From the human T2T-CHM13v2.0 reference genome, Homo sapiens, in NCBI RefSeq assembly GCF_009914755.1, contig NC_060933.1: a DNA stretch of 64,000 nt; one strand, given 5' to 3'. Under the pieces are notes generated by a model, which worked only from the letters and a program-made list of their open reading frames with translations, searched no databases and was not told where the DNA came from. The number at the start of each line of letters is the position of its first letter. Position 1 is the first letter of the stretch. The position numbers and the translations under genes are program-made. This document shows positions 1 to 14,800 of this stretch, one piece after another.

Positions 1-2037
1 AACGGAATGCAATGGAATTGAATCAACCCGAGTACAATGGAATGGAATGGAATGGAATGGAATGAAATGGAATGGAATGGAATGGAATGATACGGAATAG
101 AATGGAATGGAAAGAAATGGAATGGAATGGAATGGAATGGAATGGAATGGAATGGAATGGAATGGAATGGAATCGTTCCGAGTGGAATAGGAGGGAATGT
201 ATTCGAGTGGAATGGAAAGGAATGGAATCAACCAGAGTGGAATGGAAGGGAATGGAATGGAATGGAAACTAATAGAATGGAATCAACCCGAGTGGAATGG
301 AATGGAAAGGACTGGAATGGAATGGAATGGAATGGAATCAACTCGATTGTAATGGAATGGAATGGAATGGAATGGAATGGAATTAACCCGAATACAATGC
401 AATGGAACGGAATGGAACGGAATGGAGTGGAATGGAATGGAATCAAACAGAGTGCAGCGGAATGGAATGGAATGGAGTGCAATGGAATGGAATCATCCGG
501 AATGGAATGGAATGGAATGGAATGCAAAGCAATGGAATCAACTCGATTGCAATGGAATGGAATGGAATGGAAAGGAATACATTGGAATCAACCCGAATGG
601 AATGGAATGGAAAGGACTGGAATGGAGTGGAATGGAATGGAATGGAATGCAATGGAATCAACTCGATTGGAATGGAATGGAATGGAATGGAATGGAATTA
701 ACCCGAATAGAATGGAATGGAATGGAATGGAACGGAACGCAATGGAATGGAATGGAATAGAATAGAATGGAATGGAATGGAAACAACCCGACTGCAGGGG
801 AATGGAATGGAATGGAATGGAATGGAATGGATTCAACTTGAATGGAATGGAAAGAATGGAATCAACAGAGTGGAATGGCATGGATTGGAATGGAATCGAA
901 TGGAATCAACCCGAGTACAGGGGAATGGATTGGAATGGAATGCAATTTAATGGAATCATCCGTAATGGAATGGAAAGGAATGGAATGGAATGGAATGGAA
1001 TGGAATGGAATGGAATCAACTCGATTGCAATCGAATGGAATGGAATGGAATTAACCCGAATAGAATGGAATGGAATGGAATGGAACGGAACGGAACGGAA
1101 TGGAATGGATTGGAATGGAATGGAATGGAATGGAATGGAACGGAAAGGAATGGAATGGAATGGAATGGAATGGAATGGAATGGAATCAACGCGAGTGCAG
1201 GGGAATGGATTGGAATGGAATGCAATGGAATGGAATCTTCCGGAATGGAATGGAATGGAATGTAATCGAATGGAATAAACCCGAGTGCAATGGAATGGAG
1301 TGGAATGCAATGGAATGGAATGGAACAACCCGAATGGAATAGAATGTAATGGAGAGTAAGGGAGTTGAATAGAATCAATCCGAATGTAATGGAATGGAAT
1401 GGAACGGAATGGAATTGAATGGAATGGAATGGAATGGAATGGAATCTAATCAACCCGAGTGCAATGGAATGGAGAGGAATGGAATGGAATGGAATGGAAA
1501 CTACCCGAATGGAATGGAATGTAATGGAGTGTAAGGGAATTGAATAGAATCAATCCGAATGTAATGGAATGGAATGGCAAGGAATGGAATGGAATGGAAT
1601 GGAATCAACCCGAGTGCAATGGAATGGAGAGGAATGGAATGGAATGGAATGGAAACTACCGGAATGGAATGGAATGTAATGGAGTGTAAGGGAATTGAAT
1701 AGAATCAATCCGAATGGAATGGAATGGAATGGAACGGAATGTAATGGAATGTAATGGAATGGAATCAACCCGAGTGCAGGGTAATGGAATGGAATGGAAT
1801 GCAATGGAATGGAATCATCCGGAATGGAATGGAATGGAATGGAATGGAATCAACCCGAGTGCAAAGGAATGGAGTGAAATGGAATGGAATGGAATGGAAA
1901 CAACCAGAATGGATTGGAATATAATGGAGTGTAAGGGAATTGAATAGAATCAATCTGAATGTAATGAAATGGAATGGAACGGAATGGAATGGAATGGAAT
2001 GGAATGGAATGGAATGGAATGGAATGCAATGGAATGG

Positions 2038-2197
2038 AATCAACCCGAGTGCAATCGAATGGAATCGAATGGAATGGAATGCAATGGAATGGATTCAACT
2101 TGAATGGAATGGAAAGAATTGAATCAACACGAGTGGAATGGCATGGATTGGAATGGAATGGAATGGAATCAACCCGAGTACAGGGGAATGGAATGGA
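2038..2197 (+). repeat. Example of the 9q12-type (pHuR98-like) SatIII module, which recurs throughout both arms
   Basis: AATCAACCCGAGTGCAATCGAATGGAATCG...ATTCAACTTGAAT...GGAAAGAAT...CAACACGAGT...GGCATGGATT...CCGAGTACAGGGG. It resembles the chr9 SatIII clone/primer sequences as I recall them; the chromosome assignment is not verified. Confidence 0.6.
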
Positions 2198-5100
2198 ATG
2201 GAATGCAATGGAATGGAATCATCCGTAATGGAATGGAAAGGAATGGAATGGAATGGAATGGAATGGAATGGAATGGAATCAACTCGATTGCAATCGAATG
2301 GAATGGAATGTAATTAACCGAATAGAATGGAATGGAATGGAATGCAACGGAACGGAATGGAATGGAATGGAATGGAATGGAATGGAACGGAAAGGAAGGG
2401 AATGGAATGGAATAGAATGGAATGGAATGGAATCAACGCGAGTGCAGGGGAATGGAATGGAATGGAATGCAATGGAATGGAATCTTCCGGAATGGAATGG
2501 AATGGAATGGAATGGAATGGAATGGAATCAACCCGAGTGCAATGGAATGGAGTGGAATGGAATGGAATGGAATGGAAAAACCCGAATGGAATGGAATGTA
2601 ATGGAGAGTAAGGGAGTTCAACAGAATCAATCCGAATGTAATGGAATGGAATGGAACGGAATGTAATTGAATGGAATGGAATGGAATGCAATGGAATGGA
2701 ATCAACCCGAGTGCAATGGAAAGGAGAGGAATGGAATGGAATGGAATGGAAACTACCCGAATGGAATGGAATGTCATGGAGTGTAAGGGAATTGAATAGA
2801 ATCAATCCGAATGTAATGGAATGGAATGGAATGGAAGGGAATGGAATGGAATGGAATGGAATGGAATCAACCCGAGTGCAATCGAATGGAATCGAATGGA
2901 ATGGAATGCAATGGAATGGATTCAACTTGAATGGAATGGAAAGAATGGAATCAACACGAGTGGAATGGCATGGATTGGAATGGAATGGAATGGAATCAAC
3001 CCGAGTACAGGGGAATGGAATGGAATGGAATGCAATGGAATGGAATCATCAGTAATGGAACGGAAAGGAATGGAATGGAATGGAATGGAATGGAATGGAA
3101 TGGAATGGAATGGAATGGAATCAACTCGATTGCAATCGAATGGAATGGAATGGAATTAACCCGAATAGAATGGAATGGAATGGAATGGAACGGAACGGAA
3201 TGGAATGGAATGGAATGGAATGGAATGGAACGGAACGGAACGGAATGGAATGGAATGGAATGGAATGGAATGGAATCAACGCGAGTGCAGGGGAATGGAA
3301 TGGAATGGAATGCAATGGAATGGGATCTTCCGGAATGGAATGGAATGGAATGGAATGGAATGGAATGAAATGCAATGGATTCAACTCGATTGCAATGGAA
3401 TGGAATAGAATGGAATGGAATGGAATGGAATGGAATTAATCCGAATAGAATGGAATGGAATGGAATGGAACGGAATGGAACGGAATGGAATGGAATGGAA
3501 TGGAATGGTATGGAATGGAATGCAATGGTATGGAATAGAATGGAATGGAACGAATTGTAATGGAATGGAATTGAATGGAATGGAATGGAATGGAATGGAA
3601 TCAACGCGAGTGCAGGGGAATGTAATGGAACGGAATGCAATGGAATGGAATCATCCGGAATGGAATGGAATGGAATGGAATGGAATGGAATGGAATCAAC
3701 CCGAGTGCCATGGAATGGAGTGGAATGGAATGGAATGGAATGGAATGGAACAACCCGAATGGAATGGAATGTAATGGAGAGTAAGGGAGTTGAATAGAAT
3801 CAATCCGAATGTAATGGAATGGAACGGAATGGAATGGAATGGAATGGAATGGAATGGAATGGAATGCAATGGAATGGAATCATCCGGAATGGAATGGAAT
3901 GGAATGGAATGCAAAGCAATGGAATCAACTTGATTGCAATGGAATGGAATGGAATGGAAAGGAATACATTGGAATCAACCCGAGTGGAATGGAATGGAAA
4001 GGACTGGAATGGAGTGGAATGGAATGGAATGGAATGGAATGGAATGGAATGGAATCAACTTGATTGGAATGGCATGGAATGGAATGGAATGGAATGGAAT
4101 TAACCCGAATAGAAAGGAATGCAATGGAATGGAACGGAAAGGAATGCAATGGAATGGAATGGAATGGAATGGAATGGAATGGAATGGAATCAACCCGACT
4201 GCAGGGGAATGGAATGGAATGGAATGCAATGGAATGGATTCAACTTGAATGGAGTGGAAAGAATGGAATCAACACGAGTGGAATGGCAAGAATTGGAATG
4301 GAATGGAATGGAATCAACCCGAGTACAGGGGAATGGAATGGAATGGAATGCAATGGAATGGAATCATACGGAATGGAATGGAATGGAATGGAATGGAATG
4401 GAATGGAATGGAATGGAATGGAATCAACCGGAGTGCAATGGAATGGAGTGGAATGGAATGGAATGGAATGGAACAACCCGAATGGAATGGAATGTAATGG
4501 AGAGTAAGGGAGTTGAATAGAATCAATCCGAATGTAATGGAATGGAACGGAATGGAATGGAACGGAATGGAATGGAATGGAATGCAATGGAATGGAATCA
4601 ACCCGAGTACAATGGAACGGAATGGAATGGAAGGTAATGTAATGTAATGGAATGGAATGGAATGGAATGGAATGGAATCAACCCGAGTGCAATGGAATGG
4701 AGAGGAATGGAATGGAATGGAATGGAAACTACCCGAATGGAATGGAATGTAATGGAGTGTAAGGGAATTGAATAGAATCAATCCGAATGGAATGGAATGG
4801 AATGGAACGGAATGTAATCGAATGTAATGGAATGGAATCAACCCGAGTGCAGGGGAATGGAATGGAATGGAATGCAATGGAATGGAATCATCCGGAATGG
4901 AATGGAATGGAATGCAATGGAATGGAATGGAATGGAATCAACCCGAGTGCAATGGAATGGAGTGAAATGGAATGGAATGGAATGGAAACAACCAGAATGG
5001 ATTGGAATATAATGGAGTGTAAGGGAATTGAATAGAATAAATCTGAATGTAATGAAATGGAATGGAACGGAATGGAATGGAATGGAATGGAATGGAATGG

Positions 5101-8100
5101 AATGGAATGGAATGCAATGGAATGGAATCAACCCGAGTGCAACCGAATGGAATCGAATGGAATGGAATGCAATGGAATGGATTCAACTTGAATGGAATGG
5201 AAAGAATGGAATCAACACGAGTGGAATGGCATGGATTGGAATGGAATGGAATGGAATCAACCCGAGTACAGGGGAATGGAATGGAATGGAATGCAATGGA
5301 ATGGAATCATCCGTAATGGAATGGAAAGGAATGGAATGGAATGGAATGGAATGGAATGGAATGGAATGGAATGGAATCAACTCGATTGCAATCGAATGGA
5401 ATGGAATGTAATTAACCGAATAGAATGGAATGGAATGGAATGCAACGGAACGGAATGGAATGGAATGGAATGGAATGGAATGGAACGGAAAGGAAGGGAA
5501 TGGAATGGAATAGAATGGAATGGAATGGAATCAACGCGAGTGCAGGGGAATGGAATGGAATGGAATGCAATGGAATGGAATCTTCCGGAATGGAATGGAA
5601 TGGAATGGAATGGAATGGAATGGAATCAACCCGAGTGCAATGGAATGGAGTGGAATGGAATGGAATGGAATGGAAAAACCTGAATGGAATGGAATGTAAT
5701 GGAGAGTAAGGGAGTTGAATAGAATCAATCCGAATGTAATGGAATGGAATGGAACGGAATGGAATTGAATGGAATGGAATGGAATGCAATAGAATGGAAT
5801 CAACCCGAGTGCAATGGAAAGGAGAGGAATGGAATGGAATGGAATGGAAACTACCCGAATGGAATGGAATGTAATGGAGTGTAAGGGAATTGAATAGAAT
5901 CAATCCGAATGGAATGGAATGGAATGGAAAGGAATGGAATGGAATGCAATGGAATTGAATCAACCCGAGTACAATGGAATGGAATGGAATGGAATGGAAT
6001 GGAATGGAATGGAATGGAATGGAATCGTTCCGATTGGAATAGGAGGGAAAGTATTCGAGTGGAATGGAAAGGAATGGTATCAACCAGAGTGGAAAGGATG
6101 GGAATGGAATGGAATGGAAACTAATAGAATGGAATCAACCAGAGTGGAATGGAATGGAAAGGACTGGAATGGAATGGAATGGAACGGAATCAACTCGATT
6201 GTAATGGAATGGAATGGAATGGAATGGAATGGAATGGAATGGAATGGAATTAACCCGAATACAATGGAATGGAATGGAATGGAACGGAATGGAGTGGAAT
6301 GGAATGGAATCAACCCGACTGCAGGGGAATGGAATGGAATGGAATGCAATGGAATGGAATCATGCGGAATGGAATGGAATGGAATGGAATGCAAAGCAAT
6401 GGAATCAACTCGATTGCAATGGAATGGAATGGAATGGAAAGGAATACATTGGAATCAACCCGAGTGGAATGGAATGGAAAGGACTGGAATGGAGTGGAAT
6501 GGAATGGAATGGAATGGAATGGAATCAACTCGATTGGAATGGAATGGAATGGAATGGAATGGAATTAACCCGAATAGAATGGAATGTAATGGAATGGAAC
6601 GGAATGGAATGGAATGGAATGGAATGGAATGGAATGGAATGGAATGGAATCAACCCGACTGCAGGGGAATGGAATGGAATGGAATGCAATGGAATGGATT
6701 CAACTTGAATGGAATGGAAAGAATGGAATCAACACGAGTGGAATGGCATGGATTGGAATGGAATGGAATGGAATGAACCCGAGTACAGGGGAATGGAATG
6801 GAATGGAATGCAATGGAATGGAATCATCCGTAATGGAATGGAAAGGAATGGATTGGAATGGAATAGAATGGAATGGAATCAACTCGATTGCAATCGAATG
6901 GAATGAAATGGAATTAACCCGAATAGAATGGAATGTAATGGAATGGAACGGAACGGAACGGAACGGAACGGAACGGAATGGAATGGAATGGAATGGAATG
7001 GAATGGAATAGAATGGAATGGAATCAACGCGAGTGCAGGGGATTGGAATGGAATGGAATGCAATGGAATGGAATCTTACTGAATGGAATGGAATGGAATG
7101 GAATGGAATGGAATGGAATGGAATGGAATAAACCCGAGTGCAATGGAATGGAGTGGAATGGAATGGAATGGAATGGAACAACCCGAATGGAATGGAATGT
7201 AATGGAGAGTAAGGGAGTTGAATAGAATCAATCCAAATGTAATGGAATGGAATGGAACGGAATGGAATTGAATGGAATGGAATGGAATGGAATGCAATGG
7301 AATGGAATCAACCCGAGTGCAATGGAATGGAGAGGAATGGAATGGAATGGAATGGAAACTACCCGAATGGAATGGAATGTAATGGAGTGTAAGGGAATTG
7401 AATAGAATCAATCCGAATGTAATGGAATGGAATGGAACGGAATGGAATGGAATGGAATGGAATGGAATGGAATGCAATGGAATGGAATCAACCCGAGTGC
7501 AATCGAATGGAATCGAATGGAATGGAATGCAATGGAATGGATTCAACTTGAATGGAATGGAAAGAATGGAATCAACACGAGTGGAATGGCATGTATTGGA
7601 ATGGAATGGAATGGAATCAACCCGAGTACAGGGGAATGGAATGGAATGGAATGCAATGGAATGGAATCATCCGTAATGGAATGGAAAGGAATGGAATGGA
7701 ATGGAATGGAATAGAATCAACTCGATTGCAAACGAATGGAATGGAATGGAATTAACCCGAATAGAATGGAATGGAATGGAATGGAACGGAACGGAATGGA
7801 ATGGAATGGAATGGAATGGAATGGAACGGAACGGAATGGAATGGAATGGAATGGAATGGAATGGAATGGAATCAACGCGAGTGCAGGGGAATGGAATGGA
7901 ATGGAATGCAATGGAATGGAATCTTACGGAATGGAATGGAATGGAATGGAATGGAATGGAATGAAGTGCAATGGATTCAACTCGATTGCAATGGAATGGA
8001 ATAGAATGGAATGGAATGGAATGGAATGGAATTAATCCGAATAGAATGGAATGGAATGGAATGGAACAGAATGGAATGGAATGGAATTTAATGGAATGGA

Positions 8101-8880
8101 ATGGAATGGTATGGAATGGAATGGAATGGTACGGAATAGAATGGAATGGAACGAATTGTAATGGAATTGAATTGAATGGAATGGAATGGAATGGAATGGA
8201 ATCAACGCGAGTGCAGGGGAATGTAATGGAACGGAATACAATGGAATGGAATCATCCGGAATGGAATGGAATGGAATGGAATGGAATAAACCCGAGTGCA
8301 ATGGAATGGAGTGGAATGGAATGGAATGGAATGGAACAACCCGAATGGAATGGAATGGAATGGAGAGTAAGGGAGTTGAATAGAATCAATCCGAATGTAA
8401 TGGAATGGAATGGAACGGAATGGAATTGAATGGAATGGAATGCAATGCAATGGAATGGAATCAACCCGAGTGCAATGGAATGGAGAGGAATGGAATGGAA
8501 TGGAATGGAAACTACCCGAATGGAATGGAATGTAATGGAGTGTAAGGGAATTGAATAGAATCAATCCGAGTGGAATGGAATGGAATGGAACGGAATGGAA
8601 TGCAATGGAATGGAATGGAATGGAATGCAATGGAATGGAATCAACCCGAGTGCAATCGAATGGAATCGAATGGAATGGCATGCAATGGAATGGATTCAAC
8701 TTGAATGGAATGGAAAGAATGGAATCAACACGAGTGGAATGGCATGGATTGGAATGGAATGGAATGGAATCAACCCGAGTACAGGGGAATGGAATGGAAT
8801 GGAATGCACTGGAATGGAATCATCCGTAATGGAATGGAAAGGAATGGAATGGAATGGAATGGAATGGAATGGAATGGAAT

Positions 8881-11800
8881 CAACTCGATTGCAATCGAAT
8901 GGAATGGAATGGAATTAACCCGAATAGAATGGAATGGAATGGAATGGAAAGGAACGGAATGGAATGGAATGGAATGGAATGGAATGGAACGGAACGGAAC
9001 GGAATGGATGGAATGGAATGGAATGGAATGGAATGGAATCAACGCGAGTGCAGGGGAATGGAATGGTATGGAATGCAATGGAATGGAATCTTTCGGAATG
9101 GAATGGAATGGAATGGAATGGAATGAAATGCAATTGATTCAACTCGATTGCAATGGAATGGAATAGAATGGAATGGACTGGAATGGAATTAACCCGAATA
9201 GAATGGAATGGAATGGAATGGAACGGAATGGAACGGAATGGAATGGAATGGAATGGAATGGAATGGTATGGAATGGAATGGAAAGGTACGGAGTAGAATG
9301 GAATGGAACGAATTTTAATGGAATGGAATTGAATGGAATTGAATGGAATGGAATGGAATCAACGCGAGTGCAGGGGAATGTAATGGAAAGGAAAGCAATG
9401 GAATGGAATCATCCGGAATGGAATGGAATGGAATGGAATGGAATGGAATCAACCCGAGTGCAATGGAATGGAGTGGAATGGAATGGAATGGAATGGAACA
9501 ACCCAAATGGAATGGAATGTAATGGAGAGTAAGGGAGTTGAATAGAATCAAACTGAATGTAATGGAATGGAATGCAACGGAATGGAACGGAATGGAATGG
9601 AATGGAATGGAATGGAATGCAATGGAATGGAATCAACCCGAGTACAATGGAATGGAATGGAATGGAATGGAATGGAATGGAAACGAATGGAATGGAATGG
9701 AATGGAATGCAATGGAATGGAATCTTCCGGAATGGAATGGAATGGAATGGCATGGAATGGAATGCAATGGATTCAACTCGATTGCAATGGAATGGAATAG
9801 AATGGAATGGAATGGAATGGAATGGAACTGATTTAAACCGAATAGAATGGAATGGAATGGAATGGAATGGAATGGAATGGAATGGAATGGAATGCAATGG
9901 AATGGAATCAACCCGAGTACAATGGAACGGAATGTAATGTAATGTAATGTAATGGAATGGAATGGAATGGAATCAACCCGAGTGCAATGGAATGGGGAGG
10001 AATGGAATGGAATGGAATGGAAACTACCCGAATGGAATGGAATGTAATAGAGTGTAAGGGAATTGAATAGAATCAATCCGAATGGAATGGAATGGAATGG
10101 AACGGAATCTAATGGAATGGAATGGAATGGAATCAACCCGAGTGCAGGGGAATGGAATGGAAAGGAATGCAATGGAATGGAATGGAATGGAATGGAATGG
10201 AATGGAATCAACCCGAGTGCAATGGAATGGAGTGAAATGGAATGGAATGGAATGGAAACAACCAGAATGGATTGGAATATAATGGAGTGTAAGGGAATTG
10301 AATAGAATCAATCTGAATGTAATGAAATGGAATGGAACGGAATGGAATGGAATGGAATGGAATGGAATGGAATGGAATGCAATGGAATGGAATCAACCCG
10401 AGTGCAATCGAATGGAATCGAATGGAATGGAATGCAATGGAATGGATTCAACTTGAAGGGAATGGAAAGAATGGAATCAACACGAGTGGAATGGCATGGA
10501 TTGGAATGGAATGGAATGGAATCAACCCGAGTACAGGGGAATGGAATGCAATGGAATGCAATGGAAGGGAATCATCCGTAATGGAATGGAAAGGAATGGA
10601 ATGGAACGGAATGGAATGGAATGGAATGGAATGGAATGGAATCAACTCGATTGCAATCGAATGGAATGGAATGGAATTAACCCGAATAGAATGGAATGGA
10701 AAGGAATGGAACGGAACGGAATGGAATGGAATGGAATGGAATGGAACGGAATGGAATGGAATGGAATGGAATGGAATGGAATGGAATGGAATCAACGCGA
10801 GTGCAGGGGAATGGAATGGAATGGAATGCAATGGAATGGAATCGTCCGTAATGGAATGGAATGGAATGGAATGAAATGCAATGGATTCAACTCGATTGCA
10901 ATGGAATGGAATAGAATGGAATGGAATGGAATGGAATGGAATGGAATTAACCCGAATAGAATGGAATGGAATGGAATGGAACGGAATGGAACGGAACGGA
11001 ATGGAATGGAATGGAATGGAATGGAATTGTATGGAATGGAATGGAATGGTACAGAATAGAATGGAATGGAACGAATTGTAATAGAATGGAATTGAATGGA
11101 ATGGAATGGAATGGAATGGAATCAACGGGAGTGCAGGGCAATGTAATGGAACGGAATGCAATGGAATGGAATCATCCGGAATGGAATGCAATGGAATGGA
11201 ATGGAATCAACCCGAGTGCAATGGAATGGAGTGGAATGGAATGGAATGGAATGGAACAATCCGAATGGAATGGAATGTAATGGAGAGTAAGGGAGTTGAA
11301 AAGAATCAATCCGAATGTAATGGAATGGAACCGAATGGAATGGAATGGAATGGAATGGAATGGAATGGAATGGAATGCAATGGAATGGAATCAACCCGAG
11401 TACAATGGAATGGAATGGAATGGAATGGAATGGAATGGAATGGAATGGAATGGAATGGAATGGAATGGAATGATACGGAATAGAATGGAATGGAACGAAA
11501 TGGAATGGAATGGAATGGAATGGAATGGAATGGAATGGAATCGTTCCGAGTGGAATAGGAGGGAATGTATTCGAGTGGAATGGAAAGGAATGGAATCAAC
11601 CAGAGTGGAATGGAAGGGAATCGAATGGAATGGAAACTAATAGAATGGAATCAACCCGAGTGGAATGGAATGGAAAGGACTGGAATGGAATGGAATGGAA
11701 TGGAATCAACTCGATTGTAATGGAATGGAATGGAATGGAATGGAGAGTAAGGGAGTTGAATAGAATCAATCCGAATGTAATGGAATGGAATGGAACGGAA

Positions 11801-14800
11801 CGGAATGGAATGGAATGGAATGGAATGGAATGGAATGCAATGGGATGGAATCAACCCGAGTGCAATCGAATGGAATCGAATTGAATGGAATGCAATGGAA
11901 TGGATTCAACTTGAATGGAATGGAAAGAATGGAATCAACACGAGTGGAATGGCATGGATTGGAATGGAATGGAACGGAATCAACCCGAGTACAGGGGAAT
12001 GGAATGGAATGGAATGCAATGGAATGGAATCATCCGTAATGGAATGGAAAGGAATGGAATGGAATGGAATGGAATGGAATGGAATGGAATGGAATCAACT
12101 CGATTGCAATCGAATGGAATGGAATGGAATTAACCCGAATAGAATGGAATGGAATGGAATGGAAAGGAACGGAATGGAATGGAATGGAATGGAATGGAAT
12201 GGAACGGAACGGAACGGAATGGATGGAATGGAATGGAATGGAATGGAATGGAATCAACGCGAGTGCAGGGGAATGGAATGGTATGGAATGCAATGGAATG
12301 GAATCTTTCGGAATGGAATGGAATGGAATGGAATGGAATGAAATGCAATTGATTCAACTCGATTGCAATGGAATGGAATAGAATGGAATGGACTGGAATG
12401 GAATTAACCCGAATAGAATGGAATGGAATGGAATGGAACGGAATGGAACGGAATGGAATGGAATGGAATGGAATGGAATGGTATGGAATGGAATGGAAAG
12501 GTACGGAGTAGAATGGAATGGAACGAATTTTAATGGAATGGAATTGAATGGAATTGAATGGAATGGAATGGAATCAACGCGAGTGCAGGGGAATGTAATG
12601 GAAAGGAAAGCAATGGAATGGAATCATCCGGAATGGAATGGAATGGAATGGAATGGAATGGAATCAACCCGAGTGCAATGGAATGGAGTGGAATGGAATG
12701 GAATGGAATGGAACAACCCAAATGGAATGGAATGTAATGGAGAGTAAGGGAGTTGAATAGAATCAAACTGAATGTAATGGAATGGAATGCAACGGAATGG
12801 AACGGAATGGAATGGAATGGAATGGAATGGAATGCAATGGAATGGAATCAACCCGAGTACAATGGAATGGAATGGAATGGAATGGAATGGAATGGAAACG
12901 AATGGAATGGAATGGAATGGAATGCAATGGAATGGAATCTTCCGGAATGGAATGGAATGGAATGGCATGGAATGGAATGCAATGGATTCAACTCGATTGC
13001 AATGGAATGGAATAGAATGGAATGGAATGGAATGGAATGGAACTGATTTAAACCGAATAGAATGGAATGGAATGGAATGGAATGGAATGGAATGGAATGG
13101 AATGGAATGGAATGGAATGCAATGGAATGGAATCAACCCGAGTACAATGGAACGGAATGTAATGTAATGTAATGGAATGGAATGGAATGGAATGGAATCA
13201 ACCCGAGTGCAATGGAATGGAGAGGAATGGAATGGAATGGAATGGAAACTACCCGAATGGAATGGAATGTAATAGAGTGTAAGGGAATTGAATAGAATCA
13301 ATCCGAATGGAATGGAATGGAATGGAACGGAATCTAATGGAATGGAATGGAATGGAATCAACCCGAGTGCAGGGGAATGGAATGGAAAGGAATGCAATGG
13401 AATGGAATGGAATGGAATGGAATGGAATGGAATCAACCCGAGTGCAATGGAATGGAGTGAAATGGAATGGAATGGAATGGAAACAACCAGAATGGATTGG
13501 AATATAATGGAGTGTAAGGGAATTGAATAGAATCAATCTGAATGTAATGAAATGGAATGGAACGGAATGGAATGGAATGGAATGGAATGGAATGGAATGG
13601 AATGCAATGGAATGGAATCAACCCGAGTGCAATCGAATGGAATCGAATGGAATGGAATGCAATGGAATGGATTCAACTTGAAGGGAATGGAAAGAATGGA
13701 ATCAACACGAGTGGAATGGCATGGATTGGAATGGAATGGAATGGAATCAACCCGAGTACAGGGGAATGGAATGCAATGGAATGCAATGGAAGGGAATCAT
13801 CCGTAATGGAATGGAAAGGAATGGAATGGAACGGAATGGAATGGAATGGAATGGAATGGAATGGAATCAACTCGATTGCAATCGAATGGAATGGAATGGA
13901 ATTAACCCGAATAGAATGGAATGGAAAGGAATGGAACGGAACGGAATGGAATGGAATGGAATGGAATGGAACGGAATGGAATGGAATGGAATGGAATGGA
14001 ATGGAATGGAATGGAATCAACGCGAGTGCAGGGGAATGGAATGGAATGGAATGCAATGGAATGGAATCTTCCGTAATGGAATGGAATGGAATGGAATGAA
14101 ATGCAATGGATTCAACTCGATTGCAATGGAATGGAATAGAATGGAATGGAATGGAATGGAATGGAATGGAATTAACCCGAATAGAATGGAATGGAATGGA
14201 ATGGAACGGAATGGAACGGAACGGAATGGAATGGAATGGAATGGAATGGAATTGTATGGAATGGAATGGAATGGTACAGAATAGAATGGAATGGAACGAA
14301 TTGTAATAGAATGGAATTGAATGGAATGGAATGGAATGGAATGGAATCAACGGGAGTGCAGGGCAATGTAATGGAACGGAATGCAATGGAATGGAATCAT
14401 CCGGAATGGAATGCAATGGAATGGAATGGAATCAACCCGAGTGCAATGGAATGGAGTGGAATGGAATGGAATGGAATGGAACAATCCGAATGGAATGGAA
14501 TGTAATGGAGAGTAAGGGAGTTGAAAAGAATCAATCCGAATGTAATGGAATGGAACCGAATGGAATGGAATGGAATGGAATGGAATGGAATGGAATGGAA
14601 TGCAATGGAATGGAATCAACCCGAGTACAATGGAATGGAATGGAATGGAATGGAATGGAATGGAATGGAATGGAATGGAATGGAATGGAATGATACGGAA
14701 TAGAATGGAATGGAACGAAATGGAATGGAATGGAATGGAATGGAATGGAATGGAATGGAATCGTTCCGAGTGGAATAGGAGGGAATGTATTCGAGTGGAA

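Noticed and set aside
1195-1205. G-quadruplex potential from CAGGGG/AAGGGA tracts
   Set aside because: The G3+ tracts are isolated and tens to hundreds of bases apart, so there is no canonical four-tract motif.
1351-1715. Conserved about 35-nt words separated by spacers, superficially CRISPR-like
   Set aside because: The spacers are GGAAT repeats rather than unique sequence, spacing is irregular, there are no cas genes, and the context is eukaryotic satellite.
9824-9850. AACTGATTTAAACCG as a possible foreign insertion
   Set aside because: It keeps the pentamer phase and sits where GGAATTAACCCGAATAG normally lies, so it is best read as a multiply mutated word.
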